From Guillardia theta CCMP2712 (taxonomy: Eukaryota; Protista; Cryptophyta): a stretch of 64,000 nucleotides of DNA. The translations under genes were made by a program, and so were the position numbers. Location: contig NW_005434626.1 in assembly GCF_000315625.1 (NCBI RefSeq), forward strand, positions 321,448 through 385,447, given 5' to 3'. Under the pieces are notes generated by a model, which was given only the letters and a program-made list of their open reading frames with translations, did no database searches and was not told the origin of the DNA. Positions 61,550-64,000 of this stretch are shown one piece after another (position 1 is the first letter of the stretch; every line of letters begins with the position of its first letter).

Positions 61550-63405
61550 TCATTTCAAACCGTTGAGGCCCCTCAAGCCAACCTCTAAGATCTTGCACTC
61601 TACCATCACAAGACACTTGGCCATGTGCAGTCTCGCGCTTGACGCGTCCTCAGGCAGATCGGCCTGCCATCACACCAACTTGCGTCAGCATCGGCTCTTC
61701 ACAACAGGCACGATCCTTCTCTTACCTTCAGCTTTCTCTTCCTCTCCTCCAAGATGTTGCTTCCAATGTCAAGGTTGTGCGGTTTCAAAACCAATGGTAA
61801 ATCCTCACAGTACTTCCCCAGCAAGCTCCTCCAGCTCATCTCCTCCTCATCCTCTTCCTCCTCTTCCTCAACATCATCATCCTGCCTTTCTTCCTCTCCC
61901 TCATTCGTCGACTCCTTTTTGTCTCTTTCTTTCTCTCCTTCAGTCCTCTCGCGCTCCTTCTCAGGTGCTGGGAGGATCCCCCGATCGTTTAGTTCGTCGA
62001 GCGACCGATCAACCAACGCCTGCAAGTCTGTCCCTGCTATCCTCTCCCCAACTTCCAACAGCTGAAGCCCCAACAGTAGGGAGAGCATCTGAGCATCGTC
62101 GTCAGAGAAACGTTGCCCAAGGAGCTGAAGCAGCTCGTTGCAAGTCTGACACAAGTCCAACCATCGCTCTCTGCCCAGCGACAGGACATGTACCGCAAGT
62201 AGAAGCTCCTCCAGCCCTCTTGCTACCTCCTTCTTCCGCTTCTTCCCATCATACTCCACGGACAGCTGAATGGTGAACACATCCTCCAGTCCGTCCCAGG
62301 GTGAGGAAGCGATCACTGACCACTGGTCGAGCATCCGAAACTTCTCCTCCAGCAGCACATGGCCTACAAAAGATTCAAACAGCAACCTCAGCCTCCTGTC
62401 CATCACCTTGCAGGTGCTTCCGGATCAGCTCGCAGTCCACTGAGACCGTGTCCTCTTCGCAAGGGATCGGGTCGACCTTCTTGCTCATCGGCTGCTTCAC
62501 AAAGCCATACCTGAGAACCTGCGTCACCAGCAGCATGCGGGGTAATGGTAGTGCAGGTCTCAACTACCGGTAGATGAGGTCAGCAACCCCTAGATCCCCG
62601 TAAGACTGATAGATCTCCTTTCCTGGCCGGATGGACTTGACGGCCGTGCCCACCACCTGCTTTCCCTTCTGCCGAAACTCCACGTCAGGCTCGTCGTCGT
62701 GGTTTCCCATGTCCACGAACGAGACCTGCTGCTGCGATCAGAGCGTGTCCGACATCGACCACGTTACCGCACCATGGACACGCCGAACCAGGGGTTGGCG
62801 TGGCTGATGGAAGTAGCACATGCATGGAGATAGGTGTCAAAAGTCCATCCTTCTCCCAGCGGCTCCACGGCCTCTTGGTACTCTCTTCTCATCCTCCCCA
62901 ACTTCCTTCGGCTCACAAGCTCCAGCTCCGTCCCCTCAAGCCACTGCTGCTCATCCTCCTTCCATGCCCAGCACACATCAACCGAGAGGGGTAGAGTACG
63001 GATCTTGTCGTAGTACTTCGAGCTGGGCCCCAGCCTTCTCTCTCGCATCAAGGCTAGTGCGAGGTGCACTTGGGAATCGGTCTCAATATCCGTTGCAAAT
63101 CCCTCCTCTCCGCAGAAGCAAGCATCCTTTGGAACTTTACAGATAACAGTGCCGCTGCTGATCTTCTTCTCCCTGCTCATCATCCCCCAACCATCTCTCA
63201 AGTAGGTTGGAACATCCTCGTTGTCGGAGATCTTCCTCCCCGGGTATCGGATCTCCACCAGATCTTTGTTCCACCATGCTCCCGTTGAATCCAGCCATTC
63301 ACTGAATCTGTCTCTCATCTCTCTTCCAAGAGGATTACCACCTACTTCTCCCTCACTGCAGGATCGTTTGGGCTCGCTCCCTCCATCGAACTTTATGCCA
63401 CTCAT
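61550..63405 (-). CDS. SET-domain N-lysine methyltransferase (SETD6/Rkm4-like)
   Basis: FSEWL, GWGM, VICKVPK, LALALMRE..SKY..TLP, W...EQQWLEGTEL, SM/VSFVDMGNHD, IRPGKEIYQSYG..DLIYR/YGF; ends GLNGLK*. Confidence 0.88.
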
Positions 63406-63889
63406 CCTCCTCCACCTTCGTCCGGTGGAATGTGCCGCACACGTCTGGCACAGCAGGAGCAGAGCAAGGGCAGCAGAGCTGGAAGGAATCCTTCAAGGCT
63501 GTATCCAGAGTAGATCAAACAACTTCACCCATCAACCTGACGATCTCACAAACGCTTCCTCTTGCTCCTTTACCCTGCTTCCCTTTGCCTCCCTTCCGTC
63601 CCTCCATTGCCGGGCACGTGACATCCGGCCATCTTCAGTGCCGGCTCGGCCCGGGCCTTGGACTGGTCCTGTGTAGGTCTGAGGGCGACTTGCTGCTATT
63701 TTCGGTTCGTTTTTAAATACAAGAAAATAAAATATTGTACAATCTCTGGATGCTTGACTGATTTTAATAAGAGTATCTGTACTGAATGAAGATACTCAAT
63801 ATCTCATAAAAGCAATATAGGTGGATTATGGTACTTCCATTATATATACTGTTTTTAAAGTGTTGGTGGAATGCAGCGCCAGCGATGGC

Positions 63890-64000
63890 GAAGACAGGGG
63901 TGGGGAACAAGAGGTGGTGTTGAATTGGGACGGGGTAGTGGAAGATTACAGCTTCGATGAGGGGTGGTATATGGGGCACTTCTGACGATTTATGAGGGGT
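63890..64000. repeat. Start of a GGGGT array upstream of the SET gene (runs off window)
   Basis: ggggtgggg, ggggtag, gggggtgg, ggggt; preceded by a small ccggctcggcccgggcc block at ~63641-63657. Confidence 0.4.

Overview
Eukaryotic nuclear DNA: gene-dense, with many short (~45-60 nt) GT-AG introns and intronic purine/pyrimidine microsatellites. The style suggests a cryptophyte alga such as Guillardia theta (inference, not verified). About 20 host genes were reconstructed by hand-splicing: PGM3 3' end, collagen-like protein, uridine kinase, AAAP amino-acid transporter, SAP-like protein, EF-hand protein, giant coiled-coil protein, mitochondrial ACP, SLC35B transporter, JmjC, TM9SF, CDF zinc transporter, guanylate kinase-like, SETD6-like and several unknowns. 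There are two accessory loci. (1) A spliced Crypton-type tyrosine-recombinase transposase with an N-terminal PHD-like finger (31790-35018). (2) A ~9 kb island (43040-52330) with a gag relic, a signal-peptide + LRIRGG + P-loop NTPase + PD-(D/E)xK nuclease (Crinkler-like) gene and decayed virus-like ORFs. The most unusual signal is non-coding: recurring intergenic pairs of strand-biased GGGGT arrays and GC-rich blocks built from a small CCGG/TGAC/TCAG/GAGTC vocabulary. The frameshifts in a pseudogene inside the island are micro-insertions of that same vocabulary, two of them flanked by a duplicated CG. This points to a possible undescribed sequence-specific insertion process. All gene models are manual and no database searches were run.
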